Shown here piece by piece: positions 37,244 to 49,922 of a stretch of DNA of 64,000 nucleotides. Source of the stretch: Selaginella moellendorffii (taxonomy: Eukaryota > Plantae > Lycopodiophyta); NCBI RefSeq assembly GCF_000143415.4, contig NW_003314345.1, positions 18,574 to 82,573 of the forward strand, in the 5' to 3' direction. The notes beneath the pieces were generated by a model. The model made no database searches and was not told the origin of the DNA. It saw only the letters and a program-made list of their open reading frames with translations. The translations under genes were made by a program, and so were the position numbers. Numbering within the stretch: position 1 is the stretch's first letter; the number at the start of each line of letters is the position of its first letter.

Positions 37244-37515
37244 CTTAGTCTCAGATTCGATCTTGGACTCGATCTCGGACCCGACTTCGGATTCGGTCTC
37301 GGACTCGATCTCGGACTCGATCTCGGACCCGATCTCGGACTCGACTTCGGAGTTGACCTCGGGCTCGGTCTCGGACCCGATTTGGATCTCGAACTCCGTC
37401 TCGAACTCGGTCTCGAACTCGGTCTCGATCTCAGTCTCCGATTCGGCCTCGGCTCGATCCCAGACTCTATCTCGAACTCGGTCTCAAAGTCGGTCTTGGA
37501 CTCGATCTTCGACTT
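37244..37515. repeat. 6/12-bp minisatellite (GACTCG-ATCTCG type) inside the D LTR
   Basis: Degenerate tandem units; same array at 52845-53060 and, inverted, at 56757-57008. Confidence 0.9.
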
Positions 37516-40500
37516 GGTCCCATCCGATGAACTCTTTGTCATTTCGGTCAAGCTTATGGGGATCCTTTAGCCTACGACATCTCGGGGAGTCGGTTCCTTA
37601 CAACTTGAAGTCCAAATTGAGGTATGTGATGGGAGTGGGGGGGTAGAGGTACCCATACCGGGCCGTTAGGCCACGGTATTTCGCCCCAATATCCTGAAGC
37701 AAGTGTTGCACCCAAGGCTTGGGATTTAGAGGGTCCCATGATCAAGCCTTGTTGTACCAAGGGGTGTTAGGAACCTGGATGGCTTGGTGTGCTTGGGTGC
37801 TTGTGCCTGTGGGGAGTGTAGCCGAACCTTAAGTCCAGTCTAACCCGGGGAGGGGGATTAGGAGAGATTTGGGAATCCGTGGATGGAAGGCTAACGCTCC
37901 ATTGCTCGTGCAGTGAGTAGTTGAAACCAAGTAGAACCAAGTAGGAGCTGGTACAATAGGCGAGAACCTTGGCGAGGGAACTTAGCACAAGCTAAGGTAG
38001 TGTTGGTCGGATAGACGAGGTAAGCTGGCAAATTTGTGGCTTACATGACCATGCACACTCGAACTCTCTTGCATCAGCGCACCTCCAAAACCAATGTCAA
38101 AAGCATCCATGCGCAAAATAAAAAGTCGAGTGTAGTCAGGATATGCCAAAACCGGAGGAGTCGTGAATAGCTCTTTGAGATCCACGAATGCTTGCTCACA
38201 ATTCAGAGACCAAATGAAAGATGACATTGATAACTTCAGCAATGCTCGCAATGGTGCAGTGCGATCAGAAAGATGATCCACAAAATGACCGAGAAACTAC
38301 ATCTTGCCCAAGAAGCACTGCACATCATTCACATACTTCAGAGTAGGGAACTTTAGAACAGCCACAAGTTTGTCAAGATCAACTTGCAAACTCTCACAAG
38401 AAATACGGTATCCAAGATAAGTTGTGTCCTTGGACCCAAACACGCACTTCGACCACTTCAGCTTTAAACTAACGTCACGTAGCCGATCCAACATTTTACA
38501 AACATCACGAACATGCTCCTCCCACGTCCCATCCGAGTGGATCAAAACATCATCAATGAAGTTAACAGTCACCTCTGGCATATCGCAAAGAATCTCATCC
38601 ATCATCCGTTAGAAAGTTGTTGGAGCATTGTTCAAACCAAACGGCATCACCAAGAACCCGTACAAACCAAACGGTGTACGAAAAATAGTCTTAGGAATAT
38701 TTTCTTCGGCCATTGGTACTTGCCAGTACCCAGAAGCAAGATCTAGCTTGGTGAACCAACGACTTCACCCCAGATGATCCAAGAGATCAGTAATGTGAGG
38801 AAGAGGGTACACATATGGGATCGTCACTTCGTTTAACGGATGATAGTTGATGCAAAAACGAATACTCCCATCAAGCTTCGTCACAAAATGAGGTTCTCTT
38901 GTCCAAGGACTCCGCGACTTCCGAATAACACCCTTCTCCAACATTTCTTGACATTCCTTGACATTCCTTGACATTTGCATATAAAATCTGGATCTCCTTG
39001 GGTGATCGATGATGAACGGAAACTTTGATTGGATGAGCATCCCCGGTTGGAATTGGATGACGTGTGGCAATCTTGACCCCAGATGAGAGGTCAAATTCAA
39101 AGAGATTAGAATACTCCTTCATGAGCCGGTCCACCACTACAACACAAAGATCGTCAGAGGGATCAAAAAAGGGAAGAGCAGAATAACATGGAAATATAGG
39201 AGGAAATAGTGGGGGAACAAAAGTAATGGAAGCAGAGGTAGAAGTAAAGGGACGAAAAGGGACGGAAGTAAGATGAATGGATGAAACATAAAAAAGTACT
39301 CACAAGGGGGAGAAGCCTCAAAGTCACACTTGGCATGATTGCGCTGCAACCAATCCATACCAAGAATGAAGTCAAAAGCTTGACTCGGCACCACCCGCAA
39401 TGACTACAACTCAAGCTCGAGATCGCCCACATGCACAACCAGGTCCGCCTCATCCTGTGCACATGTATGTGTACGGCCGTTGCCATAAAGAATGAAAACT
39501 GGTTCTGCCGCACGATGCAAGTGTAGATGGCAACGTGTGGCAATAGGTCGAGCAATAGAAGATAAACTCGAACCTATATCAACCAATACAGAGAGAATAA
39601 TAGGAGACCTCTTGTTATAAAAACGAGCTTGTAAAGTAAACACTAGATGAACTGGTGCTGAGTGAACCCCTTGATGATACTCCCAAAAGAAATATGGAGG
39701 GGTCACTAACTTATTCGCGCAAGGTCCCTTTGTTACTCACGTAACTCCTCGTTTCCCGAATGCATCTCGGTGTTCAAACCTTCCACTACAACAGCACCAA
39801 TGGGACGTTGTTGATGCCAAGATCTCCATCCAGGAAATGGAGGTCGCCAATCTGGAAAACGCTGACAATGCCGATAAGTATGACCAACTTCGTCACATGC
39901 CCAACAGTGAACATCATAGCCACAACCATGTCCTTGCCTTTGTCCTTGGACTCGAGCAGCAGCAGCATCAACCTCTATTGGAACAGGACCATCACCTATA
40001 GAAAGAGGAGCTGAAGGACGTGCAGCAAGAAGTGGAAGAGGCGACGTTTCATAACGTTGTGCCAAGCGAAGAGCATCGTCAAGGGTGGCAGGAGCAAGTG
40101 CATGCACAAGTCTGACAAAATCTCGACAAAGTGTTGGCCACAACATTCCTAGCTTGACCCGCTCTGACATATTTGGCTCTGCACGAAGCAAAAGACTTCG
40201 GAAACGAATGCCAAACTACATCACCAACTCAAATGGCCCTTGGTGAAGACAATGCAATTGTTGGAAAGCATCATCATAGTCATCGGCATGTCCGAAGGCG
40301 CGTTTGAAGATATCCAAAAGAACACTCCAATCCCCACGAGTGGCTGCGCCTAAACCGTTGTACCACTGCAACGCTATCCCTTGGAGACACGTGGGAAACT
40401 CATGCAAACATTGAGCATCATCCCAAGAATGATATGCAGCAATCACCGTGAAGTGATCGAACCAATGGTACACATCATCCCTAGGATTCTCGCAAAAGAA

Positions 40501-41954
40501 TTTTAGCCGAATGCGAGGATTGGCACCAAGAGCAAGAGGAGTTGTACCATGTGCCGTGAACGCTGCCATCAATTGAGTTTGGTTGTTCAATTGCAAAAGC
40601 ATAGAATCAAGCAATTGTACCAATTGCTACTCCAGAGTCAAAAGGGGAGATTGCTGATCTACCATGGAGACAAATGAAAAAGAAAGAGCAAAAGAAGAGA
40701 AATGACAAAAAGTTAAAAGGAAATGGTAGATCTAGACAATGCAAAAAGCTAGATCTAAACCAAAATCCTAAAAGGAAAGAACAAAAGAATGAAATTGAAA
40801 AAAAGCTAGATCTAGACAATGCAAAAGCTAGATTTAAACCAAAATCCCAAATCCAAGCACTTCTCAGGAACAATCAAAAGTGCCCCTCACCTTCACCAAT
40901 GTGAGTGCTTGGAATATGGAAAGGGAATACAGAAAATGTGCATATCAATTAGCCCAAAAACACTAGTTTATATATAGAAGTGAGTGGTCCGAATTGAAAC
41001 CAATTCGACTGTTACCAAAATCCCACTATACTAATATTAATATACGGCATCGTAATTGTACACTTGGCCCTCACAACATATTAATTAACTCAAAAACCCT
41101 ATCTTATATATAGAATTGAGTGGTCTGAATTTAAACTAATCCGACGGCTATCAAAATCCCACTACAATAAATATTAATATATAGCTGTTAATATTAATAT
41201 ACAACATTATAACTGTACACTAGACCTCATATCATCCCCTACTCTCGAAAGGATGGAATGCAATCAAGGTTTGCTAGTTGATTGCCCAAGATTTAAAGGA
41301 ACATTAAGAGGAGGCATTGGTGGATCTGTAAATGGTACTAATTATTTCTGATCTCTTTATACAAAGCATTTTAACTGTTGTATTGTGTAGTGCATATGGT
41401 TTTTACCCTTTATCTTATAGTGATTTACCATAAGATAACATTACGAAGCGGAACCTAAACCCTTTATATGCCACATGTCACATGCTACATGTGCATATGA
41501 TAGTGGTGTGGAACCTGAGGTTCAGGGCCTTGGGCCACTGAACGAAGGAACGGTGCCATCTTTACATTCCGTAGATATGCCAAATGAGCAAATCTAGACA
41601 CTTTCCATAATTAGCATTAAAGACCAAAATGAGATTAACACAAAGGGCATGATAGCGAAGTTTACGATAAGCTATCATCTAGCAATATTGAGGGACTAGT
41701 CTCAATATGTAGGCTTCTTGTCAAGCCAGTGCAAGACAGAGCAAAAGAGAACTAAAAAGCCAGGCCAAGTATGCTTGGCTCAATAAACATTTAGGAATTC
41801 CATCGTTATGCTCATCCGGCCAAGTACAAATGCAAAGTCCAATTTACTAACACTTGAACAAGAGGGACTAATAAAGGGTCTAGCAATACCGACCTCCTGC
41901 CATCGTGGCAGTAAGGAAAGAGTGTCCATAAGGACTGGCCGACAAGTAATTTTC

Positions 41955-44900
41955 TGTCGCGAATGTGACTTCGGGTATCGAAAGTTATCTGTCGACTAGT
42001 CCTTACAGACACTCTTACCTTACTGCCACGACAGGCAGGAGGTCAGTATTGCTGGACCCTTTATCAGTCCCTTTTGTGCTAGTGGAGTTAACTGGGCATT
42101 TCGAGTGTACTTAGACTGGACGAGCATAAGGATGGAATTTCTACGTGTTATTAGCTAAGCATACTTAGCCCGGTAAGGAGTTCCCGTCTCGTTATGTCTT
42201 GCACTAGCTAGTGACAAGAACCCTCGCGTATTGAGATTGGTCCCTCAATATCGTTGGATGATAGCTTACCGTGTCTGCCAAACACCCTCACTATCATGCC
42301 CTTTGTGTTAGTCTCATTTCGGTCCCAAATGCTATTTATGGAAAGTGTCTAAATTCGCTCATTTGGCATATCTACGGAATGTAGAGATTGGCCCGAACAC
42401 AATGGTGTTCGTCCCGTATCCAAATTCGCAATCTAAGGACATTCCATATTTAGTAAGTTTTGAGCNNNNNNNNNNNNNNNNNNNNNNNNNNNNNNNNNNN
42501 NNNNNNNNNNNNNNNNNNNNNNNNNNNNNNNNNNNNNNNNNNNNNNNNNNNNNNNNNNNNNNNNNNNNNNNNNNNNNNNNNNNNNNNNNNNNNNNNNNNN
42601 NNNNNNNNNNNNNNNNNNNNNNNNNNNNNNNNNNNNNNNNNNNTGTTCTGCGTCCGGCTTGGGTCTAAGCCCAAGTTCCATTCCATGCTAGCTGGTGGAG
42701 TACCCATGTCCTCACGTTAGGCCATCGGTATGCCAAAATAGCACCAGACTCCGTTTGGCTCCGTTTTGCGTACTGGTCCTAGCATTAAGATATTGGTTGC
42801 TCCAGGACTGTTCCAAGTCGCTCCGGGCTCCTGTCCCTTTGCTCCTTGGGTTGTATACTCAAGAGTTGCTCCATGGTTTGGTTCCATCACTCTTTGGCTC
42901 CATGCTTGGGAGTTTGGCACTATTCCTTCATTCAGTGGCCCAAGTGGCCCTGAACCTTAGGTTCCACACCACATTCCTTTGGACACGTGGCATGTGACAC
43001 GTGGCATCTGTCATGTGGCACAAAGAGGGTTTAGGTTCCGCTTCGTGGTGTTATCCTATGGTAAATCACCATAGGATAAAGGGTCAAAACCACGTGCGCT
43101 ACATTTGGTATCAAAGAATGAGTCTCGGCGAGAACTATCCAATGAGATTGGGCAACTAGTCTCGTTGCATACGCAAAGATGAAAACGATGATCTGAGTGG
43201 GTACACGTTTTGGTGCCAAGACTTCACATTGGTTCCTTGGGATAGGTTTTGGTTACCTTTTTGTTCCATATTATGTGAGCTTGCTCTTGGGCTCATAGGG
43301 TGGACTGAGTTGTTCCGTTTACACAAGTTTGCGCTTAGGCTCGTGAGTGAGGCAACTCGAGGTTACACTTTGAGTTGGCAGGATTAATGTTAGTGTATCA
43401 GTGGTTCCATGAGTTGTTCCATGTACAATGGGTGAAAGTAAACTTTCTCTGGGTTTGCTATGAGTGGCAAATAGGTTAGTCCGTAGCTGTTTAGCACGGC
43501 ACTAGTGAATCCTTCCTAGGCATGATTATGAGTGGATCAATCAAGACTGTAGGGATTAGTCTATTGGTTCAAGTAATTATTGCCGTGCTCTCTCATAAAC
43601 TTTTCTTGGATTGAACTGAAGGCAGTGCAAAAGCAAGCTTGAGGTTTAGTCAAGATGAGGCCGGAAAGAGAGTCGTCAGGGACGAAGGATCAAACACGTA
43701 AATCATTTTCTTTTCTTGGAGAGATGATTTACAACGAGGTGTTAACTCATTGCTCATGTTCACATCATGCAAACAAGAGTCCCTATCTTGATGCATGTTG
43801 GAGATGATGGTCTCATGTCCCACAATGGTGAGTTGTGGGATGGATAGCAGTGAAGTGCTATACCATTTTGTCTGGGCTTGCTATTGGAAGACTTGGGTTA
43901 CAATGCTCAATTCTTTTCCGGGGAACCTTACTATTGCTCCTTGAGTAGTTTGGTGTTGGATTAGTTTTGAGTTTGGTTGGAGAGAGAGTGGCATGAGCTT
44001 GTCCGTGTTGTGAACAAAAGTTAGTGGTGTTGGGTGTTATAAATCTCTATTGGTGAAGTGTGGCATTTGTGTTGCATTTTGTCAAATCGAGTTGGCACTT
44101 GATACTTACATAAACCTTGTAGTAGTGACATGGGCATTGCTCGTGGTGTTGTTCAATTGATGATCAAGTCATTGTGATTTTATATCATATCCATGTGATA
44201 GTGAGCAATGTGTTTACGAAGTTGCTTGGGTAAATGATGATCAACCCCAAAGTGGTTGATGGTGAAGCTAGTTTACTTGCATGAAGTAGCCTTGTAATAG
44301 TTGTGACTGGATTTTCGATGGTGATCCATGGTGTTAAGTTTAAGTTGGTACCTTGTTTCCTTAAGTTTGCCCATAAAGTGTTGGAAAAAGGGTTGTAGCA
44401 TTCATTTGCTATAACTCATCAGTTGATCCGTTAGCACTTGGAGTAGATTGTTGGATGGAGAAGGTGTGTAGTTAAGGCATGGACATTGTTAGCACTTGTG
44501 TTAGTGGAAGTGGCATTGTTGATTCGAGTGATGAGGAATTTTCCTTGGACCTTGATTTTCCGTGCCATTTTTCTTGTTAGTGTTTTGGCTTCACATTGGA
44601 TCTTGAAGGTGGTTGAAGAAGAGTGTTAGTGCAAAGGTGGATATTCGAAGATGTGGTCTTCGTGATTAAGCTTTAGATGTTCATTTTGCATTTTTGCAGA
44701 TGTCGGTGTTGGATATCAAAAAAATGGGCAAAGATGTTCGATGCTTAAGCATATTGATGGATCATGAGAATTTGTGTTGAGGTGAACCTATGTGAAGTTG
44801 TTAGTAGGAGGAAGTTGGTTGAGTCTTGAAAGTTTGTATTCCTGGACTAAGTGTCATTCTTTCTCGATGGAAAATTTTCCACAAATTTTCTTAGGCTTTT

Positions 44901-47412
44901 CCAATGGCTGACCTATTGATCATTTTGCCCGAAAACCTTTCCGTTTTCATAAGCCAGTACAAACTAGTGAAGGGGTTGGAGTTGACTTCATTTAGCTTAG
45001 ACCTTAGTAGATAGTTTGTATGATGTAGCCCGAAAGGGATGCTAACTTTTGGGGCTAAGGCAATTGAGTTGAATAGAGTCTGGAGTTAGTGTAGAAAAGT
45101 GGCCGTTGCACTTTTCTAAGAAAGGTGACTCTTGTGCCTTTCTTTTGTAGCATTATGCTCAGTGGCAGGTTGCACCTTGCATTTCGCTTAAACTCTATGA
45201 GAGTAGTGAGCTCTCACTGATCTTGATTTAGTCTTGGTGGCCCTGCGCTTTGGCTAAGGATGGTGATGTCCAGCTTAGTTATTTGAGTTTGAGATGTTAG
45301 TACCCATACTATAGCTTTGTCTAAGAGGAAGTTGTGTACCGATATGAGTCCATCTCATAGTCTTCACTTTAGTTTCGACTGAGTGTTGACCACCTAGCTA
45401 GCCTCTTTAAGGCATGCTCAGAGCTATTGACTAAATGCATTAGTGAGCTTATTGCGGTTGAGTTGGATTCGAGTGGTCATTTAGTTTGTGCTTGTCTATG
45501 AACTTTTATCTCATACCTGGGGTATTGTGTTCATGTTGGACAAGTATGTGACTCGATGACATGAGTTAGTGTTCGGGTCTTGTGAAGGCAAGTTGAAGGG
45601 TGATTGTTAGTTGCTTTGCAACTAGTGATTACTTGTAGACTTTGTCAAAAGACTGTTGATACTTGCTTCGCTTGATGATGATTTAGCAGTGATGGGCTTG
45701 CTTTACAGGATGATGTTGTGGAGGATCGTGTTATTAGACTTACACGGTTTTTCCATGTTGACATGTCGACTCTACCTCTGTCGATATCATTTGGTTACAC
45801 CTAATCCGTAGTGTTGGATTTCATTGAGTTTTGGACGTGGTGAATCACTCTATGATGATTTGTTCTCTGTTACTGAGCATTGTTAGAGGATTGGTCTCGG
45901 ATACTAAGTAAAGTATTTTTGACCTTGGTTAGCTTAGTTGCTAGGAAGTTTTGAGTGGTGATTCACTCGTGCTTTCTTTTAGCTTTGTTATGGTGTTGAT
46001 GGCATTGAAGTGATGCCTTGTCATTGACATAGTTGATATTGAGATTCAAGTGAAATGAGATGTCTCTTCGTAAGATTGATATTGAGTTTCATTAGTCTCG
46101 ATGCAAATAGTGTTGGTGATTTGGTTATGGCTTTGTGTTATTGGCATCGTGCATTTGCTAGTTAGCAACTATGTTGACGTTCAAATGCACTGAGTGGCAA
46201 GTTTGAGTTAGTTGTGTTCTAGACGAGATTATTTAGTAGAGGTTGAGCTTTAGCTTTTCCTTGAAAAGTGATTTAGTCGTGGACTATGCTAACTCTACAA
46301 GCGGAGGAGTTAGTGATCGATGTTAGAATGTTTGAATCTTTATTTGATTTGAGTTGGAATATATTGATCATTGATGATTCCTCTTGTGCTTGTTATGAAG
46401 TGAGTTATGTCTTGCTATAGATGGATTCATAGAGGATCGTTTAATGATCACTTGTTGAGCATAACTCCATGATGTTTAGCTTTTGGATTGATGTAAATAT
46501 ACTCTTCATTAGCTTTGGCATTATGAAGTTTGGCTTATGGATGTGTTAAGGAAAATATTGTGGGTTGCACCATGATTTCTTCTTTAGCATTGAAGTTAGC
46601 TTCTATGAGACTCGTGATCATTAGTAAGCAAGACTTAGCTATAAGCTTCTTTAAGCTTTTGGTTCTTTGAGTTTTATGCTCATTGTTCTATTTGTTAGAA
46701 GTTGTTGGGGAAGGCATTTTGGCTTATTAGCTTCGATGTTGAAGTTGGCTTTTGCATCTAGCAATAATTAGTGATGATTGACTATCATCTAGGATAGTTG
46801 ATTATCCTTGTCAAAGGTTTTGCTTGATTAACATTGATCTAGAATGATTTGCCATTTTTTAGGATGGTGGATTCTTTCTTCAATGACGATTATGCATCTC
46901 TCTATTGATGGGATGATTGATGATCTTTCATGATGGTTAGTTGTTCTCTTTAATGGCTTATAGCTTTTCGCAATACCACATGTTCTTCGTGGTTTGCTCT
47001 GGATTGGTCTCTTGGGTTTGAGATATCGATAGGACATTGCTGACACTTACTTAAGCAACTCTGGTTCCTTGGTATTATTGATTGAAATCTATTTGAGTTG
47101 GCTAGTGCAATAGTTGGCATGACTGAGTGTTTGTTAGTCTTACCGCATTCATTCTGTTCTGTTGATTGTTGCTCAAGTTACTTCTGATAGGTTGGGATGT
47201 TATTTCCTTCGGGTTATACATTCGTGAGCATTGTGCTTGTCAGTCAATGATGCTTTGTGTTCTTTGAGTTATCTTTTATAAGTTGTTTAGTATACTATCT
47301 ACAATCTTTGGTAATTAAGTTTCATCATTGAGTTTCCTTGATGATCTACTTGCTATTGAATTTTGTTGGATGGTGATTCCTATGTTTACCAATTATGATG
47401 ATCTTGGTGGTT
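41955..47412 (+). mobile_element. Element C2: 3'-truncated LARD-like copy, opposite orientation to C1
   Basis: LTR TGTCGCGAATG..GCGCTACA 41955-43103, PBS TGGTATCAAAG, >4 kb G/T-rich ORF-free internal domain that is the reverse complement of C1's. Confidence 0.82.
42466..42643. other. Assembly gap (others at 53324-53422 and 58666-58765)
   Basis: Runs of N. Confidence 1.
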
Positions 47413-49922
47413 CCTATACTCAAATACTAGTTTATCGGATGATAACTTACTTGGAATACTTTTGTGTTCTAATCTAAGATATATTCATTGATAATTAAGT
47501 CTCTAAGATATCATTGTTTATGACTTTGATATTGTTTATCTATTGATTTTTGAGTTTGAGCCAGTATAGGCAGACTGGCTTCGACACTTCGTGTGCATGC
47601 TGAAATCTCTAGTCATGGGGTAGCTATTGTCAACTGGTCATATAACCCACCTCTCTATCGATGTTCCTTTTTCGTTGAAAGGGCATGACCGTGTAAACAA
47701 CTCTAACTACCTGTTTACAGTAGTTTATCTAAACCTTACTGACGGGTTTGGTTTCTTTGCTTAGGAGGGTTAGGGCCTTTAGCTTCTCTCTCTATGTCCT
47801 TGTGACCACCAAAATCACTATCATTGAAAAACATTGGATTCACTATCCAACAAAATTCAATAGCAAGTATATCATCAAGTAAACTCAATGAGAAAACTTA
47901 ACTACCAAAGTTTGTAAATAGTATGCTAAACAACTTACCAAACATAACTCAAAGAACATAAAGTATCCTTAACCGACAAGTATAATGCTCGCGAATGTAT
48001 CACTTGAAGGAAATAACATCCTAATCTATTATAACTAACTCAAAAATAATCAATAGAACAGAATGAATATGGTAAGACTAACAAACACTTAGTCATGCTA
48101 ACCATCGTATAAGCTAATCTGAATAAATCTCGGTCAACAATACGAAGGAACTCAAGTTGCTTTAGCAAGCGTCAGCAATATCCTACTGATGTCTTAAACC
48201 CAAGAGACCAATCCAAAGCAAACCACAAAGAACATGTGGTATTGCGAAAAGCCATAAGCCATCAAAGATAACAACTAACCATCATAAAAAGTTATCAATC
48301 ATTCTATCAATAGAGAGATGCATAATCATCATTGAAGTAAGAATCCACCATCCTAAAGAACGGCAAATCATTCTATATCAATAATAATTAAGCAAAACCT
48401 TTGACAAGGATAATCAACTATTCTAGATGATAGTCAATCATCATCAATGATTGCCAAATGCAAATACTAATTTCAAAATTGAAGTTATTGAGCCGAAATA
48501 CCTTCCCCAACAACTCCCAACAAATGGAATAATGAGCATGAAAACTCAAGGAACTAAAAGCTCGAAGAAGCCTATAGCCATATCTTGTTTAACAATGATC
48601 ACAAGTCTCACATGAACCAACTTCAATGGTAAAGAAGAAATCACGGTGCAACCAACAATATCCTCTTCAACATATCCATAAGCTAAACTTCATAATACCA
48701 AAGTTAATGAAGAGTATATCTGCATCAATCCAAAAGCTAAGCACAATGGAGCTATGCTCAACAAGTGATCATCAAATCAATCCTGTATGAATCCATCTTT
48801 AGCAAGACATAACTCACTTCATAACAAGCACAAAGAGAATCATTAATGATCGACATATCCTGAACTTAAATCCAACAAAGATTCAATCACTTCAATATCA
48901 ATCACTAACTCTTCCTTTTATAAAGTTAGCATAGTCCACGACTAAATCATTTTTCAAAGAAAAGCTCAAAGCTTAACCTCAACTAAGCAATCTCGTCTAA
49001 AATATAACTAACTCAACTTGCCACTAAGTTTATTTGAATGTCAATATAGTTGCTAACTAGTAAATGCACGGTTGCCAATAACACAAAGCTACAACCAAAT
49101 CATCAACACTATCTTCATCGAAATTAATAAAACTCAATATCAATCCTAAGGAGAAACATTTCATTTCACTCAAATCTCAACATCAATATTGTCAATGACA
49201 AGGCATCACTTCAATGCCATCAACACCATAATAAAACTAGAAGAAAGCAAGAGTGAATCACCACTCAAAGTTCTCTAGTAATTAAGCTAACCAAAGTCAA
49301 AGATACTTTAGTGAGTATCTAAGACTAATCCTTCAACAATAGTCAGTTTTAGATAACACATTATCGTGGAGTGATTCACCACAAAGGTGAAAACACTAAC
49401 AAGAAAAATGATATGGAAAATCAAGCTCTAAGGAAAATTCCTTATCACTCAAACAACAATGCTATTTCCATTAACACAAGTGATAGCAATGTCAATGCCT
49501 CAACTACACATCTTCTCCATCCAACAATCTATTTTAAGTGCTAACGGATCAACTGATGAGCTATAGTAGGTGAATGCTATAATCTTTTTCAACACCTAAT
49601 AGACAAACCCTCAAGGAAACAAGGTACCAACTTAAGCTTAGTATAATGGATCACCATTGAGAATCCAGTCAAAGTTACTACAATGCTACTATGTGCAAGT
49701 ACGCTATCTTCACCATCAACCACTTTGGGGTTGATTATCATTTAACCAAGCAACTTCGTAAATGCATTACTCACTATCACATGGATATAATATAGAAATC
49801 ACAAAGACTTGATTATCAATTGAGCAACACCACGAGCAACGCCTTGTCATTACTACAAAGGTTTACGTGAGTATCAAGTGCTAACTCGATTCGATAAAAT
49901 GCAACATAAATGCCATACCCCA

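Larger units (their letters stand above)
34903..38045 (-). mobile_element. Element D composite: internally deleted gypsy element (gag remnant, PBS, LTR) plus an inverted partial LTR
   Basis: TSD TGACC at both flanks inside B's RNase H; LTR 35793-37601; PBS 35778-35792; gag 35021-35760 (YLADNAKSWW..LKQTGTIQEYV); inverted LTR piece ~37626-38045. Confidence 0.88.
33100..40623 (-). pseudogene. Disrupted gag-pol of element B
   Basis: Gag, CCHC knuckle CWACDEVGHTYRHC, protease VLVDIGSS, RT (RFCINY..LN; FIDDVLI), RNase H (NYSTTEKKCL; ADANALSR), integrase (AFDLMGPF; AYHPQSDGLVER), W-G-Y motif; many stops and frameshifts. Confidence 0.93.
32199..41075 (-). mobile_element. Element B: full-length Ty3/gypsy LTR retrotransposon without an obvious chromodomain
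   Basis: ~176-bp LTRs TGTGAG..CTCACA (5' LTR 40900-41075; 3' LTR 32199-33080, interrupted); ACAT duplicated at both flanks; PBS TGGTGAAGGTGAGGGG (40883-40898); PPT 33084-33095. Confidence 0.92.

Noticed and set aside
37075-37646. Ser/Arg- and Asp/Ser-rich ORFs (also ~52731-53116, 56829-57139, 58817-59213)
   Set aside because: Stop-free translations of the 6/12-bp LTR minisatellite in several frames
42345-42720. ORFs spanning N-runs (also ~53242-53563, 58639-58839)
   Set aside because: Artefacts of assembly gaps
47766-47776. Telomerase RNA template or telomeric tract (GGGTTAGGG)
   Set aside because: Single short non-TTTAGGG motif, no recognisable Pol III promoter or terminator
49553-49580. 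Hammerhead ribozyme/retrozyme from CTGATGAG
   Set aside because: No stem II followed by GAAA in either copy (mirror at ~44400-44425)
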